From Burkholderiales bacterium (GTDB lineage: Bacteria; Pseudomonadota; Gammaproteobacteria; Burkholderiales; SG8-39): DNA of 64,000 nucleotides. A model generated the notes under the pieces. It did no database searches. It saw only the letters and a program-made list of their open reading frames with translations, and was not told where the DNA came from. The stretch spans positions 36,025 to 100,024 of the forward strand of contig JBBRAI010000001.1 of the NCBI GenBank assembly GCA_038206915.1, read 5' to 3'. The first letter of the stretch is position 1, and each line of letters starts with the position of its first letter. Shown here piece by piece: positions 1-9,054 of this stretch. The position numbers were made by a program, and so were the translations under genes.

Positions 1-157
1 GAGGCAGCCTTGGGCTCAATTATGGCATGATGCGCGCACTGTCGTATGCACGGGTGCCGCTGCCCATTTGCCGCCAGGAAATCATTGGCCGGGCGATGCC
101 CGATCGAACAAGCCTGCTGCGGCAAAATCGCCGCGGCGCGAAGAGGTGCTGAGCCCG

Positions 158-1093
158 ATGGACAAACGCGAACGATTTTTAGCCGCGGTACGCGGCGAAG
201 CCGTGGACCGGCCGCCGGTGACGGCGTGGGTGCATTTCCTGTCCGACCACCTGTCAGGCGAGGAGACCGCGCGGCTGCACCAGCGCTTCGTCGAAACCTA
301 CGACTGGGACGTGGTCAAGGTCATGAACGACTACCGCTACCCGGTCCCCGCCGCGGTGCGCGATTTCGCCGACCCGGCAAACCTGGCGGCCTTCGAACCC
401 CTGACGCTGAACGCGCCCTGCTACGCCGAACAGCTGAAATGCCTGCAGGCTCTGCGCGCGTCTCTCGGCGCCAAAATCGCGCTCATCGAGACCGGTTTCG
501 ATCCCTACCAGCAGATACTGCGCAACGTAGGCTTTTCCGAGGCGGCGAATCTGTGGAAGCACAAGGCGGCTACGCTCAAAATGCTCGCGATCGTGGCCGA
601 AAATACCGTCGCCTATATAAAAGCGGTGAAGGCGCTGGGCGTGGAGGCGTACTTCCTTTCGATCAACGGCGCGATCCGGGAAGGCTATCCACGCGGCTCC
701 GCGCGCGAAGTCTATGAAACGTTTCAGCGCCCGTTCGAACTGCAGTTGTTACAGGCCGCCGAAGGCATGGTGCGGATCCTACACGTGCATGGAGTCGGGC
801 TGGATCTCGCGCGCGTACTCGACTATCCCTGCGAAGTGTTCAGCCTATCCGATCGGCTGCCGGGCAATCCCAGCCTCGCGCAACTGCGCAAGCTCACACC
901 CAGGTGCCTGATGGGCGGGCTGGACGAAACGAAAATCCAGGAGCGCACGCTGCCGGCGCTGGCGCGCGAAATCGACGATGCGCTCGCACGGGCCGGGCGG
1001 CAGAAACTCATCCTGGCTCCGGGCTGCACCATCCCTTCGTTCTGCCCGAAACGCACACTCGATTTCCTGCGCGATTACACGCGCCAGGCATAG
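158..1093 (+). CDS. uroporphyrinogen decarboxylase-fold (URO-D/MtaA-CmuA-like) family protein
   Basis: ORF 68..1093 trimmed to ATG 158 (MDKRERFLAAVRGEAVDRPPVTAWVHF...). N-terminal motif and ~310 aa length fit the URO-D-fold family. Family-level call from recalled motifs only. Confidence 0.65.
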   Translation: MDKRERFLAAVRGEAVDRPPVTAWVHFLSDHLSGEETARLHQRFVETYDWDVVKVMNDYRYPVPAAVRDFADPANLAAFEPLTLNAPCYAEQLKCLQALRASLGAKIALIETGFDPYQQILRNVGFSEAANLWKHKAATLKMLAIVAENTVAYIKAVKALGVEAYFLSINGAIREGYPRGSAREVYETFQRPFELQLLQAAEGMVRILHVHGVGLDLARVLDYPCEVFSLSDRLPGNPSLAQLRKLTPRCLMGGLDETKIQERTLPALAREIDDALARAGRQKLILAPGCTIPSFCPKRTLDFLRDYTRQA

Positions 1094-1231
1094 CCGGGAG
1101 CTGGCATGCAGGAGGCCCGGCAGGTATTCGCGCGCGCCGTGAATCCGCCCGCGCTACGCTGGGGCTAATAGGGCGTAGACACTGGGAGACAGGAAACAGG
1201 ACCAGGCTGGCCTGAATGCGGCGCCGGAAAG

Positions 1232-2620
1232 CTATCCCGCAGCGCTATGCACGGAACACCCGTTGGTCGGAGATTGGCTTGCAGAGCCGCTCTCCGGGTG
1301 AATGCCCAACGCCGGAAACGCGTGCGGCAGGATCTTGCGCTCCCATGCCTCCTGCTCCAGCGCGGCGCGAAAATCCGGATGCGCGACCTCCATCAGTTCG
1401 CGCACGCGCTGCCTGAGCGTCTTGCCGTAGAGCTGCGCGATGCCGTACTCGGTGACAACATAGTGCACGTCGGCACGGGTCGTCACCACCCCGGCCCCCG
1501 GCTGCAGCATCGGCACGATGCGCGATAATCTGCCGCCCGCCGCCGTCGAGGGCAAGGCGATGATGGGCGCGCCGCCCTTGCTCATCGCAGCGCCGCGAAT
1601 GAAATCGACCTGCCCGCCGAATCCGGAAAAAATCCGTTTCCCGACCGACTCGGCGCAGACCTGGCCGGTGATGTCCACCTCCAATGCCGAGTTGATCGCG
1701 ACCATGTTGTCGTTCTGGGCGATGACAAAGGGATCGTTGGTATAGTCCGCCGGCCGCATCTCGAACAAGGGATTGTTGTCGATATAGTCGTACAAGGCGC
1801 GGCTTCCCATGGCGAAGGTCGCAACCACCTTGCCCGGATGCAGCGTCTTGCGCGCGCCGGTGATCACGCCCGATTCGATCGCGTCCATCACCCGGTCGGA
1901 CACCATTTCCGTATGTACGCCGAGGTCGCGCTTGCCGGCAAGCGCCGCCACGACGGCATCCGGGATCGCGCCGATGCCGAGCTGCAGCGTCGCGCCATCC
2001 TGGACCAGCGACGCGACGAACCCGCCGATGCGCGTATGAACCTCGGACGGCGGCTCGATGCGCAATTGCGGCAGCGCAAACGATGCTTCCACCACCGCCG
2101 TCACTTTGTGCGCCGGCACGAAGCAATCGCCCAGGGTGCGCGGCATCTGCTCGTTCACGACGGCGATAACGACGTCGGCGACTTCAACCGCGGCCAGGCT
2201 TGCCAGGCATTCGACGCCCAGCGACAGGTAACCGTGCGCGTCCGGCGGCGCGGTGGATATGATCGCCACCCTGAGGGGAAGGACGCCGCTCTTGAACATC
2301 TTCGGAATGTCATGCAGGTGCACCGGCAGATAGGCCGCACGCCCCTCCTGCACCGCGTCGCGGTCCGCGCTGCCCACGAACAGGACGGTATGGCGAAAAT
2401 GCCCTTCCATCTCCGGCGCCGCAAGCGGGTCGTCCCCGGCGAACAGCAAATGCAGCAGCTCCACCTTTTCCAGGGTATCGGCGCGATCGCGCAGCGCGTA
2501 GAGCATCGGCCGCGGCGCGGCGGCGTTACCGCCCACGAACACGCGATCGTGCGAGCGCACCAGCCGCGCAGCGTCTGCGACGCTCATGCGCCGGCTGTTG
2601 TAATGGTCGCGCCATGTCAT
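1232..2620 (-). CDS. acetyl-CoA hydrolase/transferase family protein (4-hydroxybutyrate CoA-transferase-like)
   Basis: 462-aa ORF with blocks LQLGIGAIPDAV, SGFGGQVDFIRGA and HYVVTEYG typical of this CoA-transferase family. The last ~30 aa read through a 28-bp repeat, so the exact C-terminus is uncertain. Confidence 0.85.
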   Translation of the reverse strand: MTWRDHYNSRRMSVADAARLVRSHDRVFVGGNAAAPRPMLYALRDRADTLEKVELLHLLFAGDDPLAAPEMEGHFRHTVLFVGSADRDAVQEGRAAYLPVHLHDIPKMFKSGVLPLRVAIISTAPPDAHGYLSLGVECLASLAAVEVADVVIAVVNEQMPRTLGDCFVPAHKVTAVVEASFALPQLRIEPPSEVHTRIGGFVASLVQDGATLQLGIGAIPDAVVAALAGKRDLGVHTEMVSDRVMDAIESGVITGARKTLHPGKVVATFAMGSRALYDYIDNNPLFEMRPADYTNDPFVIAQNDNMVAINSALEVDITGQVCAESVGKRIFSGFGGQVDFIRGAAMSKGGAPIIALPSTAAGGRLSRIVPMLQPGAGVVTTRADVHYVVTEYGIAQLYGKTLRQRVRELMEVAHPDFRAALEQEAWERKILPHAFPALGIHPESGSASQSPTNGCSVHSAAG

Positions 2621-2836
2621 GCCAGTCTCCCGATGCCCGCAGGCAAACGTGTTTCAACAATCAATAGCACCTTGCGCCAATCGGCACAAACGCAAATCTG
2701 GATCGGCCGCATCCAAAATATAGAAGCACCGCGCCGGCGTTCGCGCGCAGCGCGGGGCGCGGCCGTCACGCCAAACCGATCGCGCACCCGCCGCAGGATC
2801 GAAGCGGCCCGCGCAGGCGCGCGAAGCGGAATCCGA

Positions 2837-3133
2837 CTAGTTTGCCATCGCGGTCCAGGTCACGCCGATCACGCCGATCGCCGCGCCGGGCAAGGGCTCG
2901 ACCATCAGCGCGACGATCACGCCGGCGAAGATCGCGAAGCAATACCACGCGTGCTGCGGCAGCCCGTCCGGCGCAGGCATCAGCGCAGGGACGACCGCGA
3001 CCAGCAGCGGAAGCAAAGCCTTCCAGGACGATTTCACGATTGCTCTCCCAAAGAATCCGCCCGGTCCGATGCGGACCGGGCGCGTTGAATACATCGTATC
3101 GGTCGACGGGGGGTATGGATTGACAACTGTCAT
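2837..3133 (-). pseudogene. N-terminal remnant of a DASS-family (divalent anion:Na+ symporter) transporter
   Basis: The 98-aa ORF (..WKALLPLLVAVVPALMPAPDGLPQHAWYCFAIFAGVIVALMVEPLPGAAIGVIGVT..) matches the characteristic first two TM helices of ~470-aa DASS permeases. It stops after 98 aa, and only 216 bp remain before the next gene. Confidence 0.5.
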
Positions 3134-3595
3134 GGCAAAGCGAAATTGCGCGCTGGCCTGCTGCGGACGCGAACAGCCTTAAGATTGGCTTGCACAGCCG
3201 CTCTACAGGCTATTTTCGCCTGGGCGCCCGCGCGATTAGGCGAGTTTGTCGATGCGGTTCGGGGCGCGATCCGGGGAGCAGTTCAGCGGGGACCGGGCAC
3301 CGTGATCGCGGCGAATATCGTCGCCCGCGTCGTTGCCCAATGTCGCGCCAAATCGCACACGGGCCACGACCTTTGTTCTATGGACATGCGTAACACTCGG
3401 GTTTAGGCTGTGCACCGGCAGCGTCCCGTGTTACTCGAGCAGGGCCGGAACGCCCAGGCTGACGACTGCTGTTTTGCCGGATCGTTTATTTGCGGCTAAG
3501 GACGGGAGCGGAAAGAGTTTTTCATGAAAAAAACTCCGCAAGACCGCAGCGCGATATATGGCACTCTTGCAACATATTAAACGTCAGGGATTCGC

Positions 3596-3967
3596 ATGGT
3601 ACGCGCGTGGCTAGCGGCGACGGTCGTATTAATCGGCGGATTGGTGCTCTACGCCGTCACATACAAACTCGTCCGTGGCACTTTTGTCGCCGATGCAATT
3701 ATTTGGTCTACTCCGGGTATTGCTTCCTTTGTAGCGGCGATCCTAGCGTCGCGTAGCCGCGTGGCAGTTGGACTGGGGGTCATTTTCCCAGCCGCTTTGC
3801 TGATGGGCATCGGCAATTTTGTTCTTGGTAAATTGGGGTACATGGACCTGGTGGGCATCAAGGTTTCGATCATAGTCGCGATTCTTGCGTTGCCAGTGGT
3901 GACGATACCCTGTGCCATCGGCACTCTGGCGGGAGACTGGCTTGCGAAGCGACGAGCGAACGCCTAA
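3596..3967 (+). CDS. hypothetical integral membrane protein (about 4 TM helices)
   Basis: 123-aa ORF with an AGGGA Shine-Dalgarno 6 nt upstream and four hydrophobic stretches. No family recognised. The local region is AT-richer. Confidence 0.45.
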   Translation: MVRAWLAATVVLIGGLVLYAVTYKLVRGTFVADAIIWSTPGIASFVAAILASRSRVAVGLGVIFPAALLMGIGNFVLGKLGYMDLVGIKVSIIVAILALPVVTIPCAIGTLAGDWLAKRRANA

Positions 3968-4066
3968 CTCGAGGTCGAGCGGACGGAGAACTTCATCCGA
4001 TAAAGTAGACACCTCGGCCTAACGCTTGAGCATGTAAAGCGGGAACGAGAAATCGAGCAGACTGAA

Positions 4067-4249
4067 CTAGCTCTTCTTGAAATCCTCAACTGCCTGCTTC
4101 ACGTCGCCGACGCCCTTCTGCAACTTCCCGGAAATCTGCTTGGAAAGGCCCTTTATCTGCTGATCCTTGTTCCCGACGAGCTTTCCCGTTTCTTCCTGGA
4201 TTTTGCCGACCAGGTCCTTCGTCGCGCCCTTCACTTGATCTTTGTTCAT
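4067..4249 (-). CDS. CsbD-family general stress protein
   Basis: 60 aa, MNKDQVKGATKDLVGKIQEETGKLVGNKDQQIKG.. is the typical CsbD repeat pattern. Confidence 0.85.
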   Translation of the reverse strand: MNKDQVKGATKDLVGKIQEETGKLVGNKDQQIKGLSKQISGKLQKGVGDVKQAVEDFKKS

Positions 4250-4306
4250 GCTCTAGTACTCCTTGTAGTGTTAGCGCCAAGCTCGGCGCGATGAAAAAAA
4301 CAAGGG

Positions 4307-4465
4307 CTAAATCTTGCCCAGCAGAAACAGAATCAGCACGATCAACAATATCAAGCCAACGCCGCCGCTGGGACCATAGCCCCATTGTCTGCTGTGGGGC
4401 CAGGTCGGAATCACGCCCGCAAGCGCCAAAACCAGAACTACCAATAGTATGGTTCCAAGCCCCAT
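4307..4465 (-). CDS. DUF3309-like small membrane protein (52 aa)
   Basis: Not in the ORF track because it is under 60 aa. Hand translation gives MGLGTILLVVLVLALAGVIPTWPHSRQWGYGPSGGVGLILLIVLILFLLGKI with a GGAGAA SD 5 nt upstream. The PxWPxSRxWGYxPSG motif is typical of DUF3309. Confidence 0.7.
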   Translation of the reverse strand: MGLGTILLVVLVLALAGVIPTWPHSRQWGYGPSGGVGLILLIVLILFLLGKI

Positions 4466-4515
4466 CTCGTTCTCCTGGCCCGGCCTGCGAGCATCGGCTC
4501 GCAGGTCAGGTGGTG

Positions 4516-5130
4516 TTACTGGGTCCCTTTGAGGATCATGTCGTTCTTGACCGACTTCACGCCCTTGACGCGCTTGGCGACTTCGACGGCCTTGTTGATA
4601 TCGGCGCGCGACCGGACAAATCCAGTCAACTGAACCGTGCCCTTCAATGTCTCGACGTTGATTTCGGCTGACTTGAGCGAAGGCTCTTCCAGCACGGCCG
4701 CCTTCACTTTGGTGGTGATGACGGCATCATCGACGTATTCCCCGGGGGATTCGTCTTTCGACGCGGAGTTGGCCGATTTCTCTTTGGCGCCCTTGTCGGC
4801 GCCGGCGCCGCCCGCTGCATGGCATTTGACGCAATCGGCCGCAGCCTTGGCGCTGAACGCCTTCTTGCCATCATGGCAGGCGCCGCAGAACTTGCCGTCG
4901 TTGATCGCGGCCATGCTGATCTTGTCGCCGCCTTTTTTCATCTCGAACAGCTTGGGCTTGGTGTGGCAATCCGCGCATTTGAATCCCTTGTCCGCGTGCA
5001 CCTTGCCGTCAAAGACGACCTTGCCCTTGGGGCTGGCGAACTCCACTGTCTTGCCTGCCGGAACCGCCATGACGTTTCCGGTCCAAAGCACCGATACTGC
5101 AATTACCGCCAAAAATCGCGCAAAATTCAT
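4516..5130 (-). CDS. exported triheme c-type cytochrome (c7/c3-like) fused to a C-terminal BON domain
   Basis: Start trimmed to MNFARFLAVIAVSVLW (signal peptide, GGGGA SD). There are three CxxCH motifs (CADCH, CGACH, CVKCH) with upstream His. After a Gly/Ala/Lys linker comes a BON-type segment DDAVITTKVKAAVLEEPSLKSAEINVETLKGTVQLTGFV..GVKSVKNDM. Confidence 0.8.
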   Translation of the reverse strand: MNFARFLAVIAVSVLWTGNVMAVPAGKTVEFASPKGKVVFDGKVHADKGFKCADCHTKPKLFEMKKGGDKISMAAINDGKFCGACHDGKKAFSAKAAADCVKCHAAGGAGADKGAKEKSANSASKDESPGEYVDDAVITTKVKAAVLEEPSLKSAEINVETLKGTVQLTGFVRSRADINKAVEVAKRVKGVKSVKNDMILKGTQ

Positions 5131-5348
5131 CTTGTTTCCCCTTTTGTACATGGCCATCGAAAGACACCCCGCTCGACGCGGCAACTGCCGAGTCGGCTCT
5201 ACCCGTACACATTAAATACCGCCCCAGCGGGATGTTCTGTGCGACGGCGCACATATGCATTGCGGACGGGATTGAGGCACGGGCGAATCGGGGCGACAAT
5301 GTCGCCTGCAATTTCGACAGCCGGTTTCAGCAACCGTACGGAGAAACC

Positions 5349-6260
5349 ATGCCTGACTACGCACTGCGCTCGTTCTCGCCGCACGACGTCTACGACAGCC
5401 CGGACGGCGCCAGCCCGAGGTGGGACGATTTCGACACGCGCTTCCTCGCGCAGGGAGATTCCTGGTTCTCCATCGGCGCGATGCCGCCCTGGGCAACGTC
5501 GAACATCCTGCAGCGGCTGCAGTTCGGCTTCGAAGCCAGCGCGATCAACTGCGCCTACCCGGGGCGCGAACTGGCCTATATGGTGGACTGGAAGCAGGAC
5601 ACGGGTTTTTCGCGTCTGCTCGTCGGGAATTTCGCCTACAAATGGAAGGCGATCCTGCTCTCCGGCGGCGGCAACGACCTGATCGGCGCGGCCGGCGTGC
5701 TGCCGCGCACCGCGGACAAGAATCCAGTGCCGCAGGACTCGCGGCTGTTCCTCAAGCCTGATGAATGGGGGCCGCCGGAACAGGGCGTTGGCCGCTACCT
5801 TAGCGCCGCCGGCTGGAACACCTTTGCCGCGCACCTGGCGCCGCAATTCGGCGAGGTGATCGCGCTGCGCGACAGCGGCGTCAATCGCGGCGTGCCGCTG
5901 TTCTGCCACGCCTACGCCTACCCTATGCCGCGCAACTCGCCGGCCTCGGAACTGTTCCACATGGGGCCCTGGCTCTACCCTGCTGTCGTCGCGTACACAA
6001 TTCCGGCTGGCGACTGGCTGGCCGTCGCGACCGAACTGATCGACCGCCTCGCCGCGCTCTTGCGCAGCATCGTCGACGATCTCAACCGCGGCGCGGGCCT
6101 GAACATCCACCTGATCCAGACGCAGCAGGCGCTGGATCCGGCGCTGCCCGGAACCAGCGGGCCGAGCGATGACTGGGAAAACGAAATTCACCCGACTCCG
6201 CGCGGCTACAGCAAACTCGCCGCGCTGTGGCGGCCGGTAATCGAGGCGCAGTTGCGCTAA
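5349..6260 (+). CDS. SGNH/GDSL-like hydrolase family protein
   Basis: Start trimmed to ATG 5349 (GGAGAA SD). Block I GDSWFSIG and block III GGGNDL are present. Block V is degenerate (WENEIHPT, with N where the DxxH Asp is expected). No signal peptide. Confidence 0.6.
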   Translation: MPDYALRSFSPHDVYDSPDGASPRWDDFDTRFLAQGDSWFSIGAMPPWATSNILQRLQFGFEASAINCAYPGRELAYMVDWKQDTGFSRLLVGNFAYKWKAILLSGGGNDLIGAAGVLPRTADKNPVPQDSRLFLKPDEWGPPEQGVGRYLSAAGWNTFAAHLAPQFGEVIALRDSGVNRGVPLFCHAYAYPMPRNSPASELFHMGPWLYPAVVAYTIPAGDWLAVATELIDRLAALLRSIVDDLNRGAGLNIHLIQTQQALDPALPGTSGPSDDWENEIHPTPRGYSKLAALWRPVIEAQLR

Positions 6261-6263
6261 GTG

Positions 6264-6289
6264 CCCCGCACTGCGCTTGCCGTGCGGGG
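6264..6289 (+). terminator. GC-rich hairpin downstream of the SGNH-like gene
   Basis: CCCCGCAC-N10-GTGCGGGG lies 4 nt after the stop. There is no clear U-tract, so this is only terminator-like. Confidence 0.35.
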
Positions 6290-6562
6290 GCTAGTTCCGC
6301 CAATTGATCCATGCCGGTGCCGCGCCGATCTCGATCCATCCCGCCTCCGTGGCGCCGGATGCGCTTCTGTTGACCAAACTCAATATATGCCCCGGCCGAA
6401 CGCTTAACTTGTCCCGGGTAGGGCGTTGCCACGCCAGCGGGTCCGCCGGGTCTTTGTGCGCGCGTTTGAACTCTCGAATGCCGGCAATGTCCGGACGCAG
6501 CGGTTTTCGCCGGCCGCGTTTCACGCAAGACAATGTTCGATCACACTGGGAGCCGCTTCAAC

Positions 6563-7054
6563 ATGGCAGCATCGAAAAGCATCACCCGTATCGCCGCACT
6601 TTTGGCATTTTGTCTCGCGCTGACCGTCCCGGCTTCAGTCTCGGCCGCAGAAGTCGACAGTTCGATCGCCGCCTGCCTGAAAGCCTGGGGCGATCATCCG
6701 TTCGGCAAGACGCCGCAGTTCAAGACCCTGGGTACATCGGTAAAGGTGTTCGGAATCGGGAGCAATACCGCCGATACTGCAGCTACCGATGCTCCCGCCC
6801 TGGTATTGGTCGAGCCGGAATTCAATTTGATGGGCGCATCCACCGTCGATTTGCTCAATCCCAACGGCTGGTATTGCCTGCGGACCACGGTAAGCATTCT
6901 GGGCACGGTGAAAATTCGCGCGCACTGCAAGGCGCAGCTGGCCTCGACCTCATCCGGTTCGACGGTGCTGGGCAACGAGGGCGCAAACCGAAGCCTCAAG
7001 GACCTGACCGTGACGGTGATCGGCTCCGTCGCCGTCGAGCGGCCGTGCAATTGA
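6563..7054 (+). CDS. hypothetical exported protein
   Basis: Start trimmed to MAASKSITRIAALLAFCLALTVPASVSA/AE (signal peptide with AxA site). The mature part has 4 Cys. No family recognised. Confidence 0.55.
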   Translation: MAASKSITRIAALLAFCLALTVPASVSAAEVDSSIAACLKAWGDHPFGKTPQFKTLGTSVKVFGIGSNTADTAATDAPALVLVEPEFNLMGASTVDLLNPNGWYCLRTTVSILGTVKIRAHCKAQLASTSSGSTVLGNEGANRSLKDLTVTVIGSVAVERPCN

Positions 7055-7118
7055 CATTCGCCGGCCCTGCCGCAGGCGGCGAAAGCGGGATTTTCATTTC
7101 CGCTTGATTCGAACTCAG

Positions 7119-7132
7119 TTGACTCAGGTCAA
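7119..7132. promoter_or_regulatory. perfect TTGAC-N4-GTCAA palindrome (FNR/CRP-superfamily-like box) upstream of the hemerythrin gene
   Basis: ttgactcaggtcaa lies 110 nt upstream of ATG 7242 and resembles the TTGAT-N4-ATCAA FNR/Anr/Dnr consensus. Confidence 0.35.
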
Positions 7133-7241
7133 GACCCCCGCGCCGGACGCGCGCAGAATTTTTACATGCAGACCGGCGGCGGCAGATGCGCAATTCGGCT
7201 GACGCCGCGATTCGGCCGCGATCATTGAGGGAGCAAGACTC

Positions 7242-7664
7242 ATGGCGAAATTTATTTGGACCGATGACCTGAACACCGGAAGCAGCCTGATCGACAGCGA
7301 CCACCGCGAACTCGTCGACCGCGTCAACACCCTGTTCGAAGTCATGGACAGCGGCGGCGAGCGCCTTCGCAGCGCGATGGATGAACTCATCGCATACAGC
7401 GGGGAGCATTTCGGCCGCGAGGAAACGGAAATGCAGCGCATCGATTACGTCGCCGCGCTCGCGCACCAGGCCGAGCATGCGAAGCTGCTGAAGCAGGTGA
7501 TCGAACTTAAAAAAGTCGTGGAAGCGCACGGAAAGCTGAACGTGCCCGCAGTCGCTGCATTTCTCGACGAGTGGCTGCGCGAGCATATTCATGGCGCGGA
7601 CATGAAACTGGCCACCGCGCTGAAGCGCGCGGGCAGCACTGAAAAGACCGTGCAGCCGCACTAA
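7242..7664 (+). CDS. bacteriohemerythrin (hemerythrin-like metal-binding protein)
   Basis: MAKFIWTDDLNTGSSLIDSDHRELV.., with HF..EE, HQAEHAKL and EHIHGADMKL His/Glu/Asp ligand motifs. 140 aa. GAGGGAG SD. Confidence 0.85.
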   Translation: MAKFIWTDDLNTGSSLIDSDHRELVDRVNTLFEVMDSGGERLRSAMDELIAYSGEHFGREETEMQRIDYVAALAHQAEHAKLLKQVIELKKVVEAHGKLNVPAVAAFLDEWLREHIHGADMKLATALKRAGSTEKTVQPH

Positions 7665-7691
7665 ATCGCGGCAGCGCCCGGTGCCAGGCGC

Positions 7692-8099
7692 TCAGCGACG
7701 CTCGGGGCGGCGCCGTTCGCCGCGACCCTGCCGCATCGGACGGTAGATATCCTTGCCCGCATCCTGTATGTCGCGGCGCAGCTGGTGGCGCTGCTCCGGG
7801 CTCATGCGGTCGCGCTCGGTTTCGTTCGTACCGCGCATTCCGCGCTGCGGCACACCTTGTTGCGCCTCTCCCTGCGGATCCGGCCTGGGACGCTGGTCCT
7901 GTGCAGGCTCCCGCCCGAAGGGCGCCGCGGCGGCCGGACCGGCGAGTCCGGCAGCGGCAATTCCGCAGAACAATGCCACGAGCGCGCCTGCGCGCAGGGC
8001 CACGAGCGCGCCTGCACGCAGCGAGCGCAGCGCCTTTGCGCGCCGGCCGGTGGTGAAGGTCGCTCGGGTTTTGCTTGCGGCAGCGGGAAGTAATTTCAT
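7692..8099 (-). CDS. hypothetical exported Arg/Pro/Gln-rich protein
   Basis: Start trimmed to MKLLPAAASK.. It has a hydrophobic signal/anchor and a low-complexity charged C-terminus (MSPEQRHQLRRDIQDAGKDIY). It sits upstream of ompR. The function and exact start are uncertain. Confidence 0.45.
   Translation of the reverse strand: MKLLPAAASKTRATFTTGRRAKALRSLRAGALVALRAGALVALFCGIAAAGLAGPAAAAPFGREPAQDQRPRPDPQGEAQQGVPQRGMRGTNETERDRMSPEQRHQLRRDIQDAGKDIYRPMRQGRGERRRPERR
7975..8022. repeat. 24-bp tandem duplication (2 units, 2 mismatches), in frame in the signal/anchor region
   Basis: gccacgagcgcgcctgcgcgcagg / gccacgagcgcgcctgcacgcagc encodes LRAGALVA twice on the minus strand. Confidence 0.9.
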
Positions 8100-8264
8100 G
8101 TCGAGTTGTTCGAATTCAGACGGTGGATGCATACTAGCGCCCCGAAGCGCCGAAAGTATGTGTGTCGGCGCGGAATTTGTAATAATTTGTAAGCCCACGG
8201 CGTTTTGACATCGTTTATTACCCTTAGGCCGCTTGCGGCCGCCGGCATTGAGTAGGATACCTGC

Positions 8265-8987
8265 ATGCCTACAGCACTAACAAGAATTCTCGTGGTCGAC
8301 GACGACCTGCGCCTGCGCGACCTGCTCAAGCGCTATCTGTCCGAACAGGGCTTCGGCGTGCACGTCGCCCAGGACGCTGCGAGCATGGACAAGCTTCTCG
8401 CGCGCGAACGCTTCGACCTCATCGTACTCGACCTGATGATGCCGGGCGAGGACGGGCTGTCGGTGTGCCGGCGGCTGCGCGGCGCCAAGGACGCGATCCC
8501 GATCATCATGCTGACCGCCAAAGGCGACGACGTCGACCGCATCATCGGCCTGGAAATGGGCGCGGACGACTACCTGCCCAAGCCGTTCAACCCGCGCGAG
8601 CTGGTGGCGCGCATCCACGCGGTGCTGCGCCGGCGCGCCGCGCCTCTGCCGCCGGGCGCGCCCGCGCTCGAGGAAGGCGAGGTGAGTTTCGGCGAGGTGA
8701 CGGTCGATCTGGCCACGCGCGCGCTGACGCGCGCGGGCAGCACAATTTCCCTTACCACCGGCGAATTCGCACTGCTCAAAGTGCTGCTGGCGCACCCGCG
8801 CGTGCCGCTGTCGCGCGACAAGCTGATGGAACTCGCGCGCGGGCGCGAGTACGAGGTGTTCGACCGCGCCATCGACGTGCAGATATCGCGCCTGCGCAAG
8901 CTGGTCGAACCCGATCCGGCGCATCCGCTGCACATCCAGACGGTGTGGGGTTTCGGCTACGTGTTCGTACCGGACGGAAAGGCATGA
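8265..8987 (+). CDS. ompR: OmpR-family two-component response regulator
   Basis: [14 protein letters not shown].., [14 protein letters not shown], the LTAKG..DYLPKPF receiver domain, and a winged-helix C-terminus (..[11 protein letters not shown]). Confidence 0.9.
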   Translation: MPTALTRILVVDDDLRLRDLLKRYLSEQGFGVHVAQDAASMDKLLARERFDLIVLDLMMPGEDGLSVCRRLRGAKDAIPIIMLTAKGDDVDRIIGLEMGADDYLPKPFNPRELVARIHAVLRRRAAPLPPGAPALEEGEVSFGEVTVDLATRALTRAGSTISLTTGEFALLKVLLAHPRVPLSRDKLMELARGREYEVFDRAIDVQISRLRKLVEPDPAHPLHIQTVWGFGYVFVPDGKA

Positions 8988-9054
8988 GCCCGACGGGCCG
9001 CCCCGAGGGCCGCATTTTCGATTTGGCCTTGGCGCGCAGCGACAAGTTGGTCCG

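Noticed and set aside
2766-3123. Arg-rich ORFs 2766..2948 (-) and 2842..3123 (+) overlapping the transporter remnant
   Set aside because: They are extreme Arg/Ser/Pro low-complexity translations of GC-rich DNA, in frames alternative to a recognisable DASS N-terminus.
6291-6533. 80-aa minus-strand ORF (MSCVKRGRRKPLRPDIAGIREFKRAHKDP..) between the SGNH-like gene and the exported orphan
   Set aside because: Codon usage looks moderately coding-like, but I recognise no family and see no SD. Its start would sit 30 nt from the divergent gene start. Left unannotated, though it would be worth an HMM or BLAST check.
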